From Candidatus Eiseniibacteriota bacterium (GTDB taxonomy: Bacteria > Eisenbacteria > RBG-16-71-46), in contig CAVSAC010000010.1 in NCBI GenBank assembly GCA_963725865.1, positions 320,001 to 384,000 of the forward strand: DNA of 64,000 nt. The letters are read 5' to 3'. Numbering within the stretch: position 1 is the stretch's first letter; every line of letters starts with the position of its first letter. Of the stretch, positions 41,299-51,974 are shown in pieces. Under the pieces are notes generated by a model that was not told where the DNA came from, made no database searches, and saw only the letters and a program-made list of their open reading frames with translations. A program made the position numbers and the translations under genes.

Positions 41299-41871
41299 TC
41301 AGGCCGCGCGACCGGTGCGCGACGCGTCCCGCGAATCACCGCTCGTCTGGCGCCACATGCCGGCCCAGTCGGTCTGGCCCATGCGCACGGTTTCGGAGAT
41401 CGAGTGGAAGCCGAACAGCACGGCGGCGCCGGTGACGATGCCGGACATGAGCTCGCCGCGCGGTGAGGAGTCGGCCCAGGCCCAGGCCAGCACCAGCGCC
41501 ATCACCACGCCGGCGTTGGCGAGACACACCGTGAGCCAGTCGCCCACCGCGGGATAGCCGGGCTGATGCTGCAGCCGGTGCACGCGGCCGAACCACCTGG
41601 CCTCGCCGGTGCCCTCGCAGAACGCCTCGATGTAGCCGCCGATCGCCCGCACCTGCTGGCGCCCGCGGAGCATGGAATAGAAGCCGATCGCGATCGCGAA
41701 CACCACCGGGAGCATGAGCCCCGAGTTCCGCGCGCTGAGGGCCCACGACATCGTCACGGCAGCCGTCAGCGCTCCCGCGGTCCAGCACAGGTGCGCGACG
41801 CGCTCGGCGTCCTGCCCGCGCCTCATCAGCGCCATGTACTCCAGGTTCCCGTGGTTCTCCATGCTCATCAT
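41299..41871 (-). CDS. Hypothetical membrane protein (4 TM)
   Basis: GAGGAG RBS; hydrophobic segments. Confidence 0.65.
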   Translation of the reverse strand: MMSMENHGNLEYMALMRRGQDAERVAHLCWTAGALTAAVTMSWALSARNSGLMLPVVFAIAIGFYSMLRGRQQVRAIGGYIEAFCEGTGEARWFGRVHRLQHQPGYPAVGDWLTVCLANAGVVMALVLAWAWADSSPRGELMSGIVTGAAVLFGFHSISETVRMGQTDWAGMWRQTSGDSRDASRTGRAA

Positions 41872-42261
41872 GATCCGGTCTCCTCCTCGAGCTGCCGCGG
41901 GACCGCGGCCGGTGGCCACGCGGTTATCGGCCGACGAGCCGGAGGAATTGACGATCCGGAGTGCGAGCGGTTGCGGAGTCCAGGCCGTCGACCTGCGGCT
42001 CGAGTCGGGCGCGGCTCGAGCTGCCGGGCTCCGCAGACGGGCCACCGCACTCGTTGCATTCCACGGCGCCCGGGCCGGGCGACCCGTGCATCCGCGAACG
42101 CACGGGGACCGGATCATGCGTCGTGCATCGCCGCGCGGAGAGTTCCAGGCGCTGGGATCGCTCCTCTACTTCAGAGCGCGGAGCGGCCTGCCGATGGCGC
42201 AAGGGACAGCGCGTCGCCTCCGCTGGCGCGAGGCCGTTGCTGGGCCCAATCGAGGATCTCC

Positions 42262-43347
42262 GTGACCCGAACGACTCTCCGTATCCTGCTCTGGCTCGCC
42301 TCCGCGCTCGCGCTGGCCGGCTACCTGGCGCTCGCGTGGCGAGCGCTCGCCGGCGGCGCCGCCGCCGATCCCGTGGAAGCATCGATCCTCGAGCACGCCG
42401 GGCGCTTCGCACAGGGTCACTGGTCCTACGCCGAGCCGCACCGCGGTGTCGTTCCGCTCATGCCGGTCTTCCCGATCGTGGTCTCGTGGCTCGTGCTGCT
42501 CTTCGATCCCGGCGTCTGGGAACCACGCCTGGTGAGCCTGCTCGCCACGCTCCTCACGGCGATCGTGGTCGAGTCCATCGTGCGCAGCGAGACGCACAGC
42601 ACCACGCTGGGGGCGGCCGCGGCCGGGCTGCTGCTCTTGAGCCAGGGCGCGGCGACCGGCGTCGCCGCCTTCGCGCGACCCGAGCCGCTCATGCTCCTGC
42701 TCGCGATCGTCGGCTGCCAGGTGCTGCGCTACACGTCCGGAATTCTCGGGGCGCTGCTCGCCTCGCTGCTCTTCTGCGCCGGGTGCTTCACGCACCCCGC
42801 CGGTCTCTGGTTCGCGCTCGCGGCGCTGCTCCATCTTCGCTTTCACGATCACCGGCGCCTGATCGCCTACGGGCTCGGCCTGGCGGCGCTGGTGGGTGCC
42901 GCCCAGCTCGGGCTGTCCCACGCGCTCGGCCCCTGGTTCAACTACGCTGCGTGGGACCTCGCACTGCAGGCGATGCGCTTCGCGCCGGCCACCATTCTGC
43001 GGTTCGTGGGGACGCAGCTCCTCGGCACGCTTGGGGTGTTCACGCTCATCACGGTGTTGTCGTTCGCGCTGCCGATCCGTCCGTGGCGCGGGGCAGTCGG
43101 CATCTGGACGTGGATGGCGTTCGCCGCCCTGGCGGCCGCGATCGTCATGACCCAGGGCGGCGACTCGCTCGGCGAAGCGACGCGGGCGACGGCGATGATC
43201 CTCGCGATCGTCGGTCCGGTGTCGGCACAGCGGATCACGCAGCATCTCTCGAACTGGCCCGGCGGAAACCGCATGGGCGGGCACGCCGTCGTGCTGACCG
43301 CTCTGGCGCTCCAGTTCGTCACCCTGCTCGCGAGCGGCTTGCGCTGA
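42262..43347 (+). CDS. Polytopic membrane protein, GT-C/ArnT-like
   Basis: E..IL..A.RF..G...Y, R.VSLLA and FARPEPL; many TM helices; GTG start inferred. Confidence 0.55.
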   Translation: MTRTTLRILLWLASALALAGYLALAWRALAGGAAADPVEASILEHAGRFAQGHWSYAEPHRGVVPLMPVFPIVVSWLVLLFDPGVWEPRLVSLLATLLTAIVVESIVRSETHSTTLGAAAAGLLLLSQGAATGVAAFARPEPLMLLLAIVGCQVLRYTSGILGALLASLLFCAGCFTHPAGLWFALAALLHLRFHDHRRLIAYGLGLAALVGAAQLGLSHALGPWFNYAAWDLALQAMRFAPATILRFVGTQLLGTLGVFTLITVLSFALPIRPWRGAVGIWTWMAFAALAAAIVMTQGGDSLGEATRATAMILAIVGPVSAQRITQHLSNWPGGNRMGGHAVVLTALALQFVTLLASGLR

Positions 43348-43560
43348 TCACGCGCGTGGGGCGCCCGACTCATCTCGGTGCCTGGCGCGGAGTCCAGTGG
43401 ACGCTTCGCTGAGGTGGTCCGCCGCGTTTGACTTCGGCCGCGGGCGGCGCACACCCTGTGCGCTGCGAGCGGCACTCGATTCGGGAACTCGATGGGGAGA
43501 CAGTCGCCTCGCACCCACGAAGCGCTCCCTCGTCGGCGATCCGCTCCGAAGGAGGCTGGG

Positions 43561-44088
43561 ATGAACAGGGTACTGGCGGCAGCGGTCGGCCTGGTGGTTC
43601 TGGCTGGCCTGGCTTACGGCGCGGATCCCCAACCCTGGGGCCGCACCGGGGACCGGACTCTCGACTCCGTGCTCGAGCAGCTCAACACGCAGGCGAGCGT
43701 CGATCCCGATGGATTCATCCGGCAGCTCAGCGCCCGGCACAGCGTGCCGGAGCGCGACATCCGACAGGCTCAGGAAACGTATGGATTCGGAGCGGCGGAC
43801 ATCTTCATGGCCACCGCGCTCGCGCAGGCGACCCATCGGCCCGTCGTCTCGGTCGCGGAGGAATACCAGAAGAACCAGGGCAAGGGCTGGGGAGTGATCG
43901 CGAAGGACATGGGGATCAAGCCGGGCTCCAGGGAATTCAAGCAGTTGAAGAGCGGCGCGCGTGGCTCGCTGGATCGCTTGAGAGCGGATTCCAGGAACAA
44001 GCAGAAGCACGATCGGGAGCTGAAGCGACAGCACGAGTCGCAGACGAAGAAGGACGCACAGAACCAGGGCCGCGCGCATTCGCACTAG
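43561..44088 (+). CDS. Secreted hypothetical protein
   Basis: AAGGAGG RBS; signal peptide; conserved-looking GKGWGVIAKDMGIKPGSREF. Confidence 0.75.
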   Translation: MNRVLAAAVGLVVLAGLAYGADPQPWGRTGDRTLDSVLEQLNTQASVDPDGFIRQLSARHSVPERDIRQAQETYGFGAADIFMATALAQATHRPVVSVAEEYQKNQGKGWGVIAKDMGIKPGSREFKQLKSGARGSLDRLRADSRNKQKHDRELKRQHESQTKKDAQNQGRAHSH

Positions 44089-44584
44089 CGGCCGCCCGCG
44101 ATGGGGCCTCGATCTCGAGGGCGGGCAGCGAGGCGTGTTCGAACCGCCGGGGCCCGTGGATCCCCGCATCGCGCGAGCCGCGAGCGGCCCGCACGAGGTA
44201 TCCCTGGTCGCTCGACGCCTGAGCCCCGGCGTCTACGCTGCGCGCCTGACCGGAGGCGGTACTCACGAGGTCGTTCGACTGGTGCACGTTCGATAGGCCG
44301 GGCTCGTCCGGCCGTCCATCACTCCGATCGCAGCGACGACGCCCCGGGCGAGCTTTCACCCGGGGCGCCTCGTCTTGTCCCCGAACTCTCGAGGAACAGG
44401 GCGACGAACGACTGCGCGCTGCCGAGGTGGCGTGTTGCCGTGTACTCTGCTCCTCGGACAGTCGGTAGCTCTGGTTCAGACAGGCATGCCGATGGCGGGG
44501 CCAGAAAACCCAATCGCGTGGGCCGAGCGGTCCCCGTCACGAGGATTCCAACTCCGGCCCCTGCTTTCCAGGAGGTACTCCCCG

Positions 44585-45409
44585 ATGCGCTGCGGACTCG
44601 GGATGTTGGCCTTCATCGTCGCGCTCTCGTCCATTTCAGTTTCAACGACTCCCGCGTCGTCCCTGACCCTGCCCGGGCGATTGGCGGACGCCCTCGCCAA
44701 CGCCGACAGCGTCGAGGTCAGTGTCGCCATCCAGGAAGACACGTTTCCCTGGTCGCTGATCGGCGGAATGAGCTACAGCAATCCCATGAGCCCCGCCACG
44801 CGCCAGGAGTTCGCGGCGCTCCTGACCCGTGATGGCGCGTTCGCACCGCTGAGCTCCTGTGTCGTCTGCGGCGATCGCTGCGATCGGCACCGCTACTGGG
44901 TCTCCCTCTATCGCCAGTCGGTGCGGACGGCCCGGCTATTCGTGGGCGCCGAGGAGCAGGTCCTGGTGGCCTCCGATTCGTCCGGGACGTTCTCGGCGTC
45001 CTTCGCACCGGTCGGCGAAGCGGTGATCGCGCTTCTGCGAGCGACTCTGCCCGGAGACTCATCGGCCGTCGTCGCGCTCGCCGGGAATCGCTCGACCGAC
45101 TCCCGCGCGCGCCCCAGGCTGGACGACTGGTTCGTCGGCGAAGTTGGGCCGAGCGTGACGCGCGGTGGGACGGCGCGATTCCCCAGCGGGCAGCTCGGGC
45201 TGCCCGATACCGTGGTGGTCCTCGCGTGGGCACTGATCGACTCGACCGGCACGATTCGAGATACGCGACTCATCGGAAGCAACATGAACCGGCGGTTGAT
45301 TCCGGCCACGCGGGCCGCGCTTCGGACCTGGCACTTCGAGGCGGCGAGGTGCGGGGGACGCCCGGTCGCCGCCTGGACGGTGCTCCCGGTCGTGCTCACG
45401 CGGAAGTAG
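44585..45409 (+). CDS. Secreted protein with TonB C-terminal-like domain
   Basis: VVVLAWALIDSTG.I......S....L..A..AAL.TWHFEAA..GGRPV. Confidence 0.55.
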   Translation: MRCGLGMLAFIVALSSISVSTTPASSLTLPGRLADALANADSVEVSVAIQEDTFPWSLIGGMSYSNPMSPATRQEFAALLTRDGAFAPLSSCVVCGDRCDRHRYWVSLYRQSVRTARLFVGAEEQVLVASDSSGTFSASFAPVGEAVIALLRATLPGDSSAVVALAGNRSTDSRARPRLDDWFVGEVGPSVTRGGTARFPSGQLGLPDTVVVLAWALIDSTGTIRDTRLIGSNMNRRLIPATRAALRTWHFEAARCGGRPVAAWTVLPVVLTRK

Positions 45410-45442
45410 GCCGCGAACGGCGGCCCTACCTCGTCACTTCCG

Positions 45443-46090
45443 TCACCGCACGCCGAATGGGAACTCCAGCCCGAGCGTGGCGTAGATCGCGCCGTTCTTC
45501 ACGTCGCCGCCGAACGGCAGGTCGGAGATGTTCGTGAGCCCGAACGTATAGCGCCCCTCCGCGACCACCGACATGGTTCCGTTCCGGATCGCCGCCGCTC
45601 CCCCGACTGCAAGCCCGAAGTCCGAGGTCTTCACCTGGTCGGTGTCGAGCGAGACGCCGATCAACCCGGTGGTGCTGAGCTGCTCATTCATCTTGATCGA
45701 CATCACGGGCCCCGCCAGCAGCCGCAGGTCGACCGGAGAGGGGTTCGGCGCCGAGATCCTCAGCAGCACCGGGATCTCGACGTAGTCCACGTCGAGCGTG
45801 CTCCCGACGCTCCCGAAGGTGATCCCGCCGATCGTGACGTCGGTGCTGAACAGCTTGGCGCCCTTGCGCACGAACAGCAGCTCGGGCTGCACCCCGATCG
45901 CGGGCGACAGGTCGAACGTTCCATACACGCCGCCCACGAAACCGGTCCGGTTGTCGGTATGGAAGAGATCCGCGTTCACGTGGGACAGGCTCACGCCGCC
46001 TTTGACGCCGAAGGCCATTCCAGCCTGGGCCGAAGCTGTCACGCACGGAACGAGGGCGAGGGTCAGGAGAACACCGAGAATGCGCTTCAT
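45443..46090 (-). CDS. Outer-membrane beta-barrel (porin family) protein
   Basis: FGVKGG, QPELLF..KG, DYVEIPVLL and EGRYTFGLTNI. Confidence 0.85.
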   Translation of the reverse strand: MKRILGVLLTLALVPCVTASAQAGMAFGVKGGVSLSHVNADLFHTDNRTGFVGGVYGTFDLSPAIGVQPELLFVRKGAKLFSTDVTIGGITFGSVGSTLDVDYVEIPVLLRISAPNPSPVDLRLLAGPVMSIKMNEQLSTTGLIGVSLDTDQVKTSDFGLAVGGAAAIRNGTMSVVAEGRYTFGLTNISDLPFGGDVKNGAIYATLGLEFPFGVR

Positions 46091-46444
46091 GAGCGGACCT
46101 TCCTCTGGATGGAGAGCGATGGGGAGACTGCCAGCGGCACCGCCTGGTGCCACGCGGGAGCCGATGACCTTCGCGACTCTACCCCAGCGGCGCGATCGGC
46201 GCCCAAGGGCTCCTCAGCAATCACGTTCAGCGAAGGCAGCAAGCGATTCGCAATCTTGAGGGTCTGGGACGCCAGCCTCCTCACATGCTCGCCCGCTCGG
46301 GACTCCTGCTATGCTCCACGAAGTCCAGTCAAGAGCACGCTGCGGGGGGGAGCGAGTCCGGCGACCGTCCGCTCGACGCGGAGGCGGCGCGGCTCACGAT
46401 TTCCCACGTCGAGGCCACCACACCATTCGCACCAGGAGGCAGCC

Positions 46445-47129
46445 ATGCGCGATACGCACCAGCGGGACCCTGCGCGGGATCGTCGTCACGATCCTCGCGC
46501 TCGCGAGCTTGAGCAGCTGCGCGTCGATGAACGCGAAGACCAAGGGCGCCATCATCGGCGCGGGAGCGGGCGCCGCGGCGGGCGGCGTGATCGGCAACCA
46601 GACCGGCTCGACCACGCGCGGCGCGATCATCGGCGCGGTCGTCGGCGGCGCCGCGGGCGCGATCATCGGGCACCAGATGGACCAGCAGGCGCTGGAGCTC
46701 GAACAGAACATCCCCGGCGCCAAGGTGCATCGCGTGGGCGAGGGCATCGCGGTGATGTTCGACTCGGGGCTGCTGTTCGACGTGGACTCCGAAGTCATCA
46801 AGGGCGACGCGCGCACGAACCTCGACGCCCTGGCGGCGAGCCTCGCGAAGTACCCCAAGTCGGACCTGATGATCGTCGGCCACACCGACGCGACGGGCAC
46901 CGACTCGTACAACATGGGACTGTCGAAGCGCCGTGCCGCGTCCGCCAGCAGCTACCTGCGCTCGCACGGCGTGGCTCGCGGCATCAAGGCGCTCGGTCGC
47001 GGCGAGAGCGAGCCGATCGCGTCCAACGACACGGACGAAGGCCGGCAGCAGAACCGCCGCGTCGAGATCGCGATCTACGCGAGCGACAAGCTGCGCGCGG
47101 AAGCCGAGAGGGCAGCCGCGGGGCAGTAA
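46445..47129 (+). CDS. OmpA-family lipoprotein with glycine zipper (YiaD-like); apparent frameshift right after the start
   Basis: Lipobox LSSC, GAIIGA repeats, VGHTD.TG...YN..LS..RA and NRRVEI; AGGAGG RBS before the ATG at 46445. Confidence 0.88.
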
Positions 47130-47299
47130 AGCGCCGAGACGAAGGCCCGGCGCGCGGAGGCGCGGCCGTGCCCGCCGGAAGTGCGCGGCCGCGGGAGAGC
47201 AACCCCCGCGGCCCGCGGCTTTGGTGCCTGAGAACTTCCCCGGCGGCATGCGTCGTCGGGATCGAGGCCGATTCGGCGATCAGGCGTGTTGCACAGCGG

Positions 47300-47560
47300 C
47301 TATGCCGACGCCCCCTTGCGCCCTTTGATCATCCGATAGATCCAGAGGATGAGAATCGCGCCCAGCGTGGAGCCGATCAGCCCGGCTCCCCTGCCGCCCT
47401 GGTACCAGCCGACGGCCTGACCGAGGAAATTGGCGACCAGTGCGCCACCGATCCCGAGCAGGATCGTGATCACGATTCCGCCCGGATCCTTGCCGGGCAT
47501 GATGAACTTGGCCAGCACGCCCGCGACCAACCCGATCAGGATCGTCCATAGGATTCCCAT
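47300..47560 (-). CDS. GlsB/YeaQ/YmgE (transglycosylase-associated) membrane protein
   Basis: ILIGLVAGVLAKFIMPG.DPGG...TILLGIGGA. Confidence 0.9.
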   Translation of the reverse strand: MGILWTILIGLVAGVLAKFIMPGKDPGGIVITILLGIGGALVANFLGQAVGWYQGGRGAGLIGSTLGAILILWIYRMIKGRKGASA

Positions 47561-47599
47561 GTGTCGCTCCCTTCGTGTGGGGTGATGACGTGTCTGCCC

Positions 47600-48187
47600 T
47601 CAGCGTCCGCCGAAGAGCTTGCCGGCGATTCCGCCCAGTTCATCGACGATCGAGCCGTCACCGTCCTTGTCCAGCAGTCGGGTGGCGAGCCCCATCAGGC
47701 CAGGCGACGCCTGGCTGAGCCCCTCCCGCTCGCGGCTGAGCATCCCCGCGAGGCTGGAGGCGTCGAGGCCGCCCTGCCGCTGGGTGCGGCCGAGCGCTCC
47801 CATCACCACGGGCGCGAGCATCATGAGCAACTGACCCGCGCTCTGGGCATCGAGTCCGCTGGCCTTCGACAGCTCCTGTTGAGCGAGCGGCTCGCGCTCG
47901 CCGAGCACGTGACGAAGGATGCCGGCACCGGGGCCCGCCTGCGCGTTGTCGATCAAGCCGCTGAGGTCGTCGAGCAGGCTGCCATCGTGATCCTTCGCGA
48001 GCGCACCGTGCAACGCGCTCGCTCCGTCCGGGCTCGAGCTGTTGCGCGCCAGCCCGGCGAGGAGCAACGGAAGGGCGGCGGCGATCGCGGCCTGAGTGGT
48101 CGGTTCGTTCGCCCCGAGCTGGCGGCCGATCTGCTTCGTCGTGTCGCCGCCCACCGCCTGCGTGATCAAGTCCATCAACTGCGCCAT
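47600..48187 (-). CDS. DUF937 domain protein
   Basis: AALPLLL..LARN....GA..L..AL..DHDGS.LD, G..IL.HVLG and LLDKDGDGSI.D. Confidence 0.8.
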   Translation of the reverse strand: MAQLMDLITQAVGGDTTKQIGRQLGANEPTTQAAIAAALPLLLAGLARNSSSPDGASALHGALAKDHDGSLLDDLSGLIDNAQAGPGAGILRHVLGEREPLAQQELSKASGLDAQSAGQLLMMLAPVVMGALGRTQRQGGLDASSLAGMLSREREGLSQASPGLMGLATRLLDKDGDGSIVDELGGIAGKLFGGR

Positions 48188-48230
48188 GGCACACCTCCAA
48201 TTTCGACCACGGACGCTGGCCGGCCCGGCG

Positions 48231-48668
48231 TCACTTCACCTGGAAATCCAGGGCCTGCGCGGAGTTTCCGTTCAGGAACACTTCGACCCGGTACTTGCCC
48301 AGCGGCCAGCCGTCGGGCTTCGAGATGTGGAACTCGGTCGCGGCGTCGCCGTTGGGGGCGATCGCCTGTTCGGATTCGTCGACCACCTGTCCGTCCTCGT
48401 AGGTCCACCGCGCCTTCAGCACGGCGTTGGGCGACGATCCCGTGGTGAGGACCGAGGCGTAGATCACGTCCTTGGGACTGAACTGATCGACCTTCTCCGA
48501 CACTCGCTTGTCGCCGCCGATGGTGCGACCCAGGTCGACCCCGGTCACGCTCAGCACGGCCGGTGGCGCCGCCGCGGTCTCGGCGGCCTTCTTGGCGCAA
48601 GACGTCGCACCCAGCGCGAATCCCAGACAGAGCACCGGGACGAGCATCCTCCCCGCGAAACGAAACAT
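48231..48668 (-). CDS. Hypothetical lipoprotein
   Basis: Lipobox ATSC; F.P.D.IYASV; KPDGWP.GKYRVEV. Confidence 0.75.
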   Translation of the reverse strand: MFRFAGRMLVPVLCLGFALGATSCAKKAAETAAAPPAVLSVTGVDLGRTIGGDKRVSEKVDQFSPKDVIYASVLTTGSSPNAVLKARWTYEDGQVVDESEQAIAPNGDAATEFHISKPDGWPLGKYRVEVFLNGNSAQALDFQVK

Positions 48669-48688
48669 CGTGCCTCCTCCTCCCTGCG

Positions 48689-48970
48689 TCAGGCTGGCGG
48701 GAGCTTCAGGGTCTGCCCCGGGTGGATCAGGTCGGGGTTCTTGATGATGTCGCGGTTCGCGTCGAAGATCTTCCGCCAGTCGTTCGCGTTTCCGTACTCC
48801 TGCTTGGCGATCTTGGATAGGCTGTCGCCCTTCTGAACCACGTACGTCTTCATCGTCGGAGCCGACCCGGCGGGCGCCGGAGCGGTCGACGAACTGCCGC
48901 TCTGGACGTTTGAGAAATCCGCCTTCGGCTTGTCCTTCTTCTGATCGTCACCGCCACCGAAGAGTCCCAT
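48689..48970 (-). CDS. LysM domain protein (Kbp/XkdP-like)
   Basis: YVVQKGDSLSKIAK..YG....W.KIF.AN...IKNPDLI.PGQ.L. Confidence 0.9.
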   Translation of the reverse strand: MGLFGGGDDQKKDKPKADFSNVQSGSSSTAPAPAGSAPTMKTYVVQKGDSLSKIAKQEYGNANDWRKIFDANRDIIKNPDLIHPGQTLKLPPA

Positions 48971-49153
48971 CGTGCACCTCACTGAGGTTGGGGTGGATAC
49001 CCGATGCGTTGTGCTCGCCGGTCGAGTCATTCCCGTGACGATGCGGCCACGACCGCACGCGGATCCTCCGCGAGTCCGCAGTATCGGCCTCGCCTCGAGC
49101 GACTGCAATCGAACTCCCCTGCGACCTCGGTCGCGCGCCGGGGCCGGTCGTCG

Positions 49154-51970
49154 TTAGCGAGACTTCAACCGTGCGAGACCCTTGTCCAACTCGCGCAGCC
49201 ACAACACCGAGCTCGCCACGGCCGCGCAGCGCAGCCAGTCTCCCGGGCTCAGGGCCACGGTCTCGAAGGCGTGCTGCAGAAAGGGCACGTCGACCACCGC
49301 CACCTGGAGGGCGACCGATACTCCGAGCGCGCCCCACAGCCAGCGATTGCGGAAGAGGCCGCGGAACACGCTGCGCTCGTCCGAGCGCGAGTTGAGGACG
49401 TTGAAGACCTGGAACAGCACGAGCGTCGTGAACGCCATCGTCTGCGCGTAGCGCATACTGCCCGTGCCCTCCACGAAGCCGCCGGGAAGCGCGGAATCGA
49501 GGACCAGCAGCGTGCCCGCCGCCATGATCGCGCCGATCAGGAGGATGCCGCGCCACATCCGGGGCGTGATCACCCGCTCGCCGGCCGGTCGCGGCGGCAG
49601 CTCCATCAGTCCCGAGTCGGCCGGGTCGACACCCAGCGCGAGCGCGGGGAGGCCGTCCGTCACCAGGTTGATCCAGAGTATCTGCGTCGCCAGCAGCGGG
49701 AGCGCGATCGCATCACCTTCCGCCTGCAGCCCGATGCGGTCGGCCAGAACCACGCCGAAGAACATCGTCATGACCTCGCCGATGTTGGACGAGAGGAGGT
49801 AGCGCAGGAACTTGCGGATGTTCGCGAAGATCGCGCGCCCTTCCTCGACGGCCGCGACGATGGTGGCGAAGTTGTCGTCGGCGAGCACCATGTCGGCGGC
49901 CTCCTTGGACACGTCCGTGCCCGTGATTCCCATGGCCACGCCGATGTTGGCCGCCTTCAGCGCCGGCGCGTCGTTGACCCCGTCGCCGGTCATCGCCACC
50001 ACCGCGCCGCCATGCTGCAGGGCATCGACGATGCGCAGCTTGTGCTCGGGATCGACGCGGGCGTAGACGGACACCTCCTGGACGGCGCGTTCGAGCGCCT
50101 CGTCCGACAGCCGCTCCAGCTCAGCGCCGGTGAGGGCGCGGTCGTCGGCGATGATGCCCAGCTCGCGGGCGATGACGGCGGCGGTCCGCGGGTGATCGCC
50201 GGTGATCATGAGCGGGCGGATCCCGGCGCGTCGAGCCTGCGCGACCGCGTCCCTCGCCTCGGCGCGCGGCGGATCGATCATGCCGATCAGGCCGGAGAAC
50301 ACCAGTTCCCGCTCGAGCCGCTCGTCGAGCGCGCCCGCCTCGTCCTGCGAGATCGCGTGGTGCGGAAGCGAGCGCGATGCGACGCCGAGCACGCGGAGCG
50401 CCTCGTCGGCGAGCGACTCGTTGATCCGGACGATCTCGGCGCGGCGCTCCGGAGTCAGGGGCCGCACCTCCCCACCGACGAACTCCGCCGAACACCTCGG
50501 GAGCAGCACATCGGGCGCTCCCTTGGTGAACACGAGCACTCGCTCCTGCCGCTCGGTGTCGCGGTGCACCGTACTCATCAGCTTGCGCTCGGAGGAGAAC
50601 GGCACCTCCCCCATGCGAGGGAGTCGCGCCTCGAGCGCCTCGGCCCGCAGGCCCGCCTTGCGCGCCGCCACGAGCAGGGCGCCCTCGGTGGGATCGCCCT
50701 GCACGCTCCAGCGTCCGCCCTGCTCCTGCACCGTGGCGTTGTTGGCGCGGTCCGCGGCCGACAGCGCGCGCTCGAGCTCGCTCCTGAGCGCCCCGTCCAC
50801 GGGTCCACCGCCTGCCCGGCGCACCTCGCCCGCGGGTGCGTACCCCGACCCGCCGAATGAGACGCGCCCGCTGGCGGTGACGACCACCCGCACGGTCATC
50901 TCGTTCCGGGTGAGCGTGCCGGTCTTGTCGGAGGCGATCACGCTCGCCGAGCCCAGGGTCTCGACCGCCGCCAGGTGCCGCACGATCGCTTTCCGCCGCG
51001 CCATGCGGCGCACCCCGATGGCGAGCACCGTCGTGACCACGGCGGGAAGTCCCTCCGGCACGGCTGCCACCGCCATCGCCACGCCCAGGATCAGCACGTC
51101 GAAGACCGCCGCGATGCCGCGCACCTCCTCGACGATGAGGATCGTCGCGATCATCACCACGGCGATGACGATGACGACCACGCCCAGGAGCTTGCCGGTA
51201 TGGTCGAGCTCGCGCTGGAGCGGCGTCGCCTCGTCGTGGGTGCGCTCCAGGAGACCGGCGATGCGCCCCATCTCGGTCCCCATCCCGGTCGCCGTCACGA
51301 TGGCCCTGCCACGCCCGTAGGTCGCGGCCGTGCCGCTCAGGACCATGTTGCTCCGGTCGCCGAGGGCGGCTTCCCCGGCGATCGGGTCGATGTCCTTCGC
51401 GACCGGCAGGCTCTCCCCCGTGAGCGCCGCCTCGGAGGTCTGCAGCGCCGTCGATTCGACCACCCGGGCGTCGGCGGGGATGGTGTCCCCTTCCTCGATC
51501 AGGATCAGATCGCCGGGAACGAGGTCGGACGCCAGGACACGCTGCCGCTCGCCGCCGCGGATCACGGTGGCATCGGCGGCCGACAGCGCGCGCAGCGCGG
51601 CGACTGCCGCTTCGGCGCGCGACTCCTGCACGTACCCCATGATGGCGTTGAGGAGCACCACCGCGAAGATCGCGAGCGCCTCGTACGGCAACGCGGTATC
51701 ACGCTCGTACGCCCAGAGGCCCGCCGAGATCGCGGTCGCGATCACGAGCAGGATGACGAGCGTGTCCTGGAACTGAGAGAGAAGACGTCGCCACGCGGGG
51801 ATCGGCTTCTCGGCGAGCAGCTCGTTGCGGCCGTGTCGCGCGAGCCGGGCCGCGGCCTCGTCGTCGCTCAATCCGCGCCGCGCGTCGGTGCCGAGGGCGG
51901 CCGCCACGACCTCGATCGCTTCGCGGTAGGCGTGCGTCCGCTCGGAGGGCGGGGCCGCGGTGAGCGTCAC
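49154..51970 (-). CDS. Cation-translocating P-type ATPase (type II, Ca2+-like)
   Basis: TGES, PEGL, DKTGT, KGAP, MITGD, TGDGVNDAPAL and ILWINLVTDG. Confidence 0.95.
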   Translation of the reverse strand: MTLTAAPPSERTHAYREAIEVVAAALGTDARRGLSDDEAAARLARHGRNELLAEKPIPAWRRLLSQFQDTLVILLVIATAISAGLWAYERDTALPYEALAIFAVVLLNAIMGYVQESRAEAAVAALRALSAADATVIRGGERQRVLASDLVPGDLILIEEGDTIPADARVVESTALQTSEAALTGESLPVAKDIDPIAGEAALGDRSNMVLSGTAATYGRGRAIVTATGMGTEMGRIAGLLERTHDEATPLQRELDHTGKLLGVVVIVIAVVMIATILIVEEVRGIAAVFDVLILGVAMAVAAVPEGLPAVVTTVLAIGVRRMARRKAIVRHLAAVETLGSASVIASDKTGTLTRNEMTVRVVVTASGRVSFGGSGYAPAGEVRRAGGGPVDGALRSELERALSAADRANNATVQEQGGRWSVQGDPTEGALLVAARKAGLRAEALEARLPRMGEVPFSSERKLMSTVHRDTERQERVLVFTKGAPDVLLPRCSAEFVGGEVRPLTPERRAEIVRINESLADEALRVLGVASRSLPHHAISQDEAGALDERLERELVFSGLIGMIDPPRAEARDAVAQARRAGIRPLMITGDHPRTAAVIARELGIIADDRALTGAELERLSDEALERAVQEVSVYARVDPEHKLRIVDALQHGGAVVAMTGDGVNDAPALKAANIGVAMGITGTDVSKEAADMVLADDNFATIVAAVEEGRAIFANIRKFLRYLLSSNIGEVMTMFFGVVLADRIGLQAEGDAIALPLLATQILWINLVTDGLPALALGVDPADSGLMELPPRPAGERVITPRMWRGILLIGAIMAAGTLLVLDSALPGGFVEGTGSMRYAQTMAFTTLVLFQVFNVLNSRSDERSVFRGLFRNRWLWGALGVSVALQVAVVDVPFLQHAFETVALSPGDWLRCAAVASSVLWLRELDKGLARLKSR

Positions 51971-51974
51971 GCGG

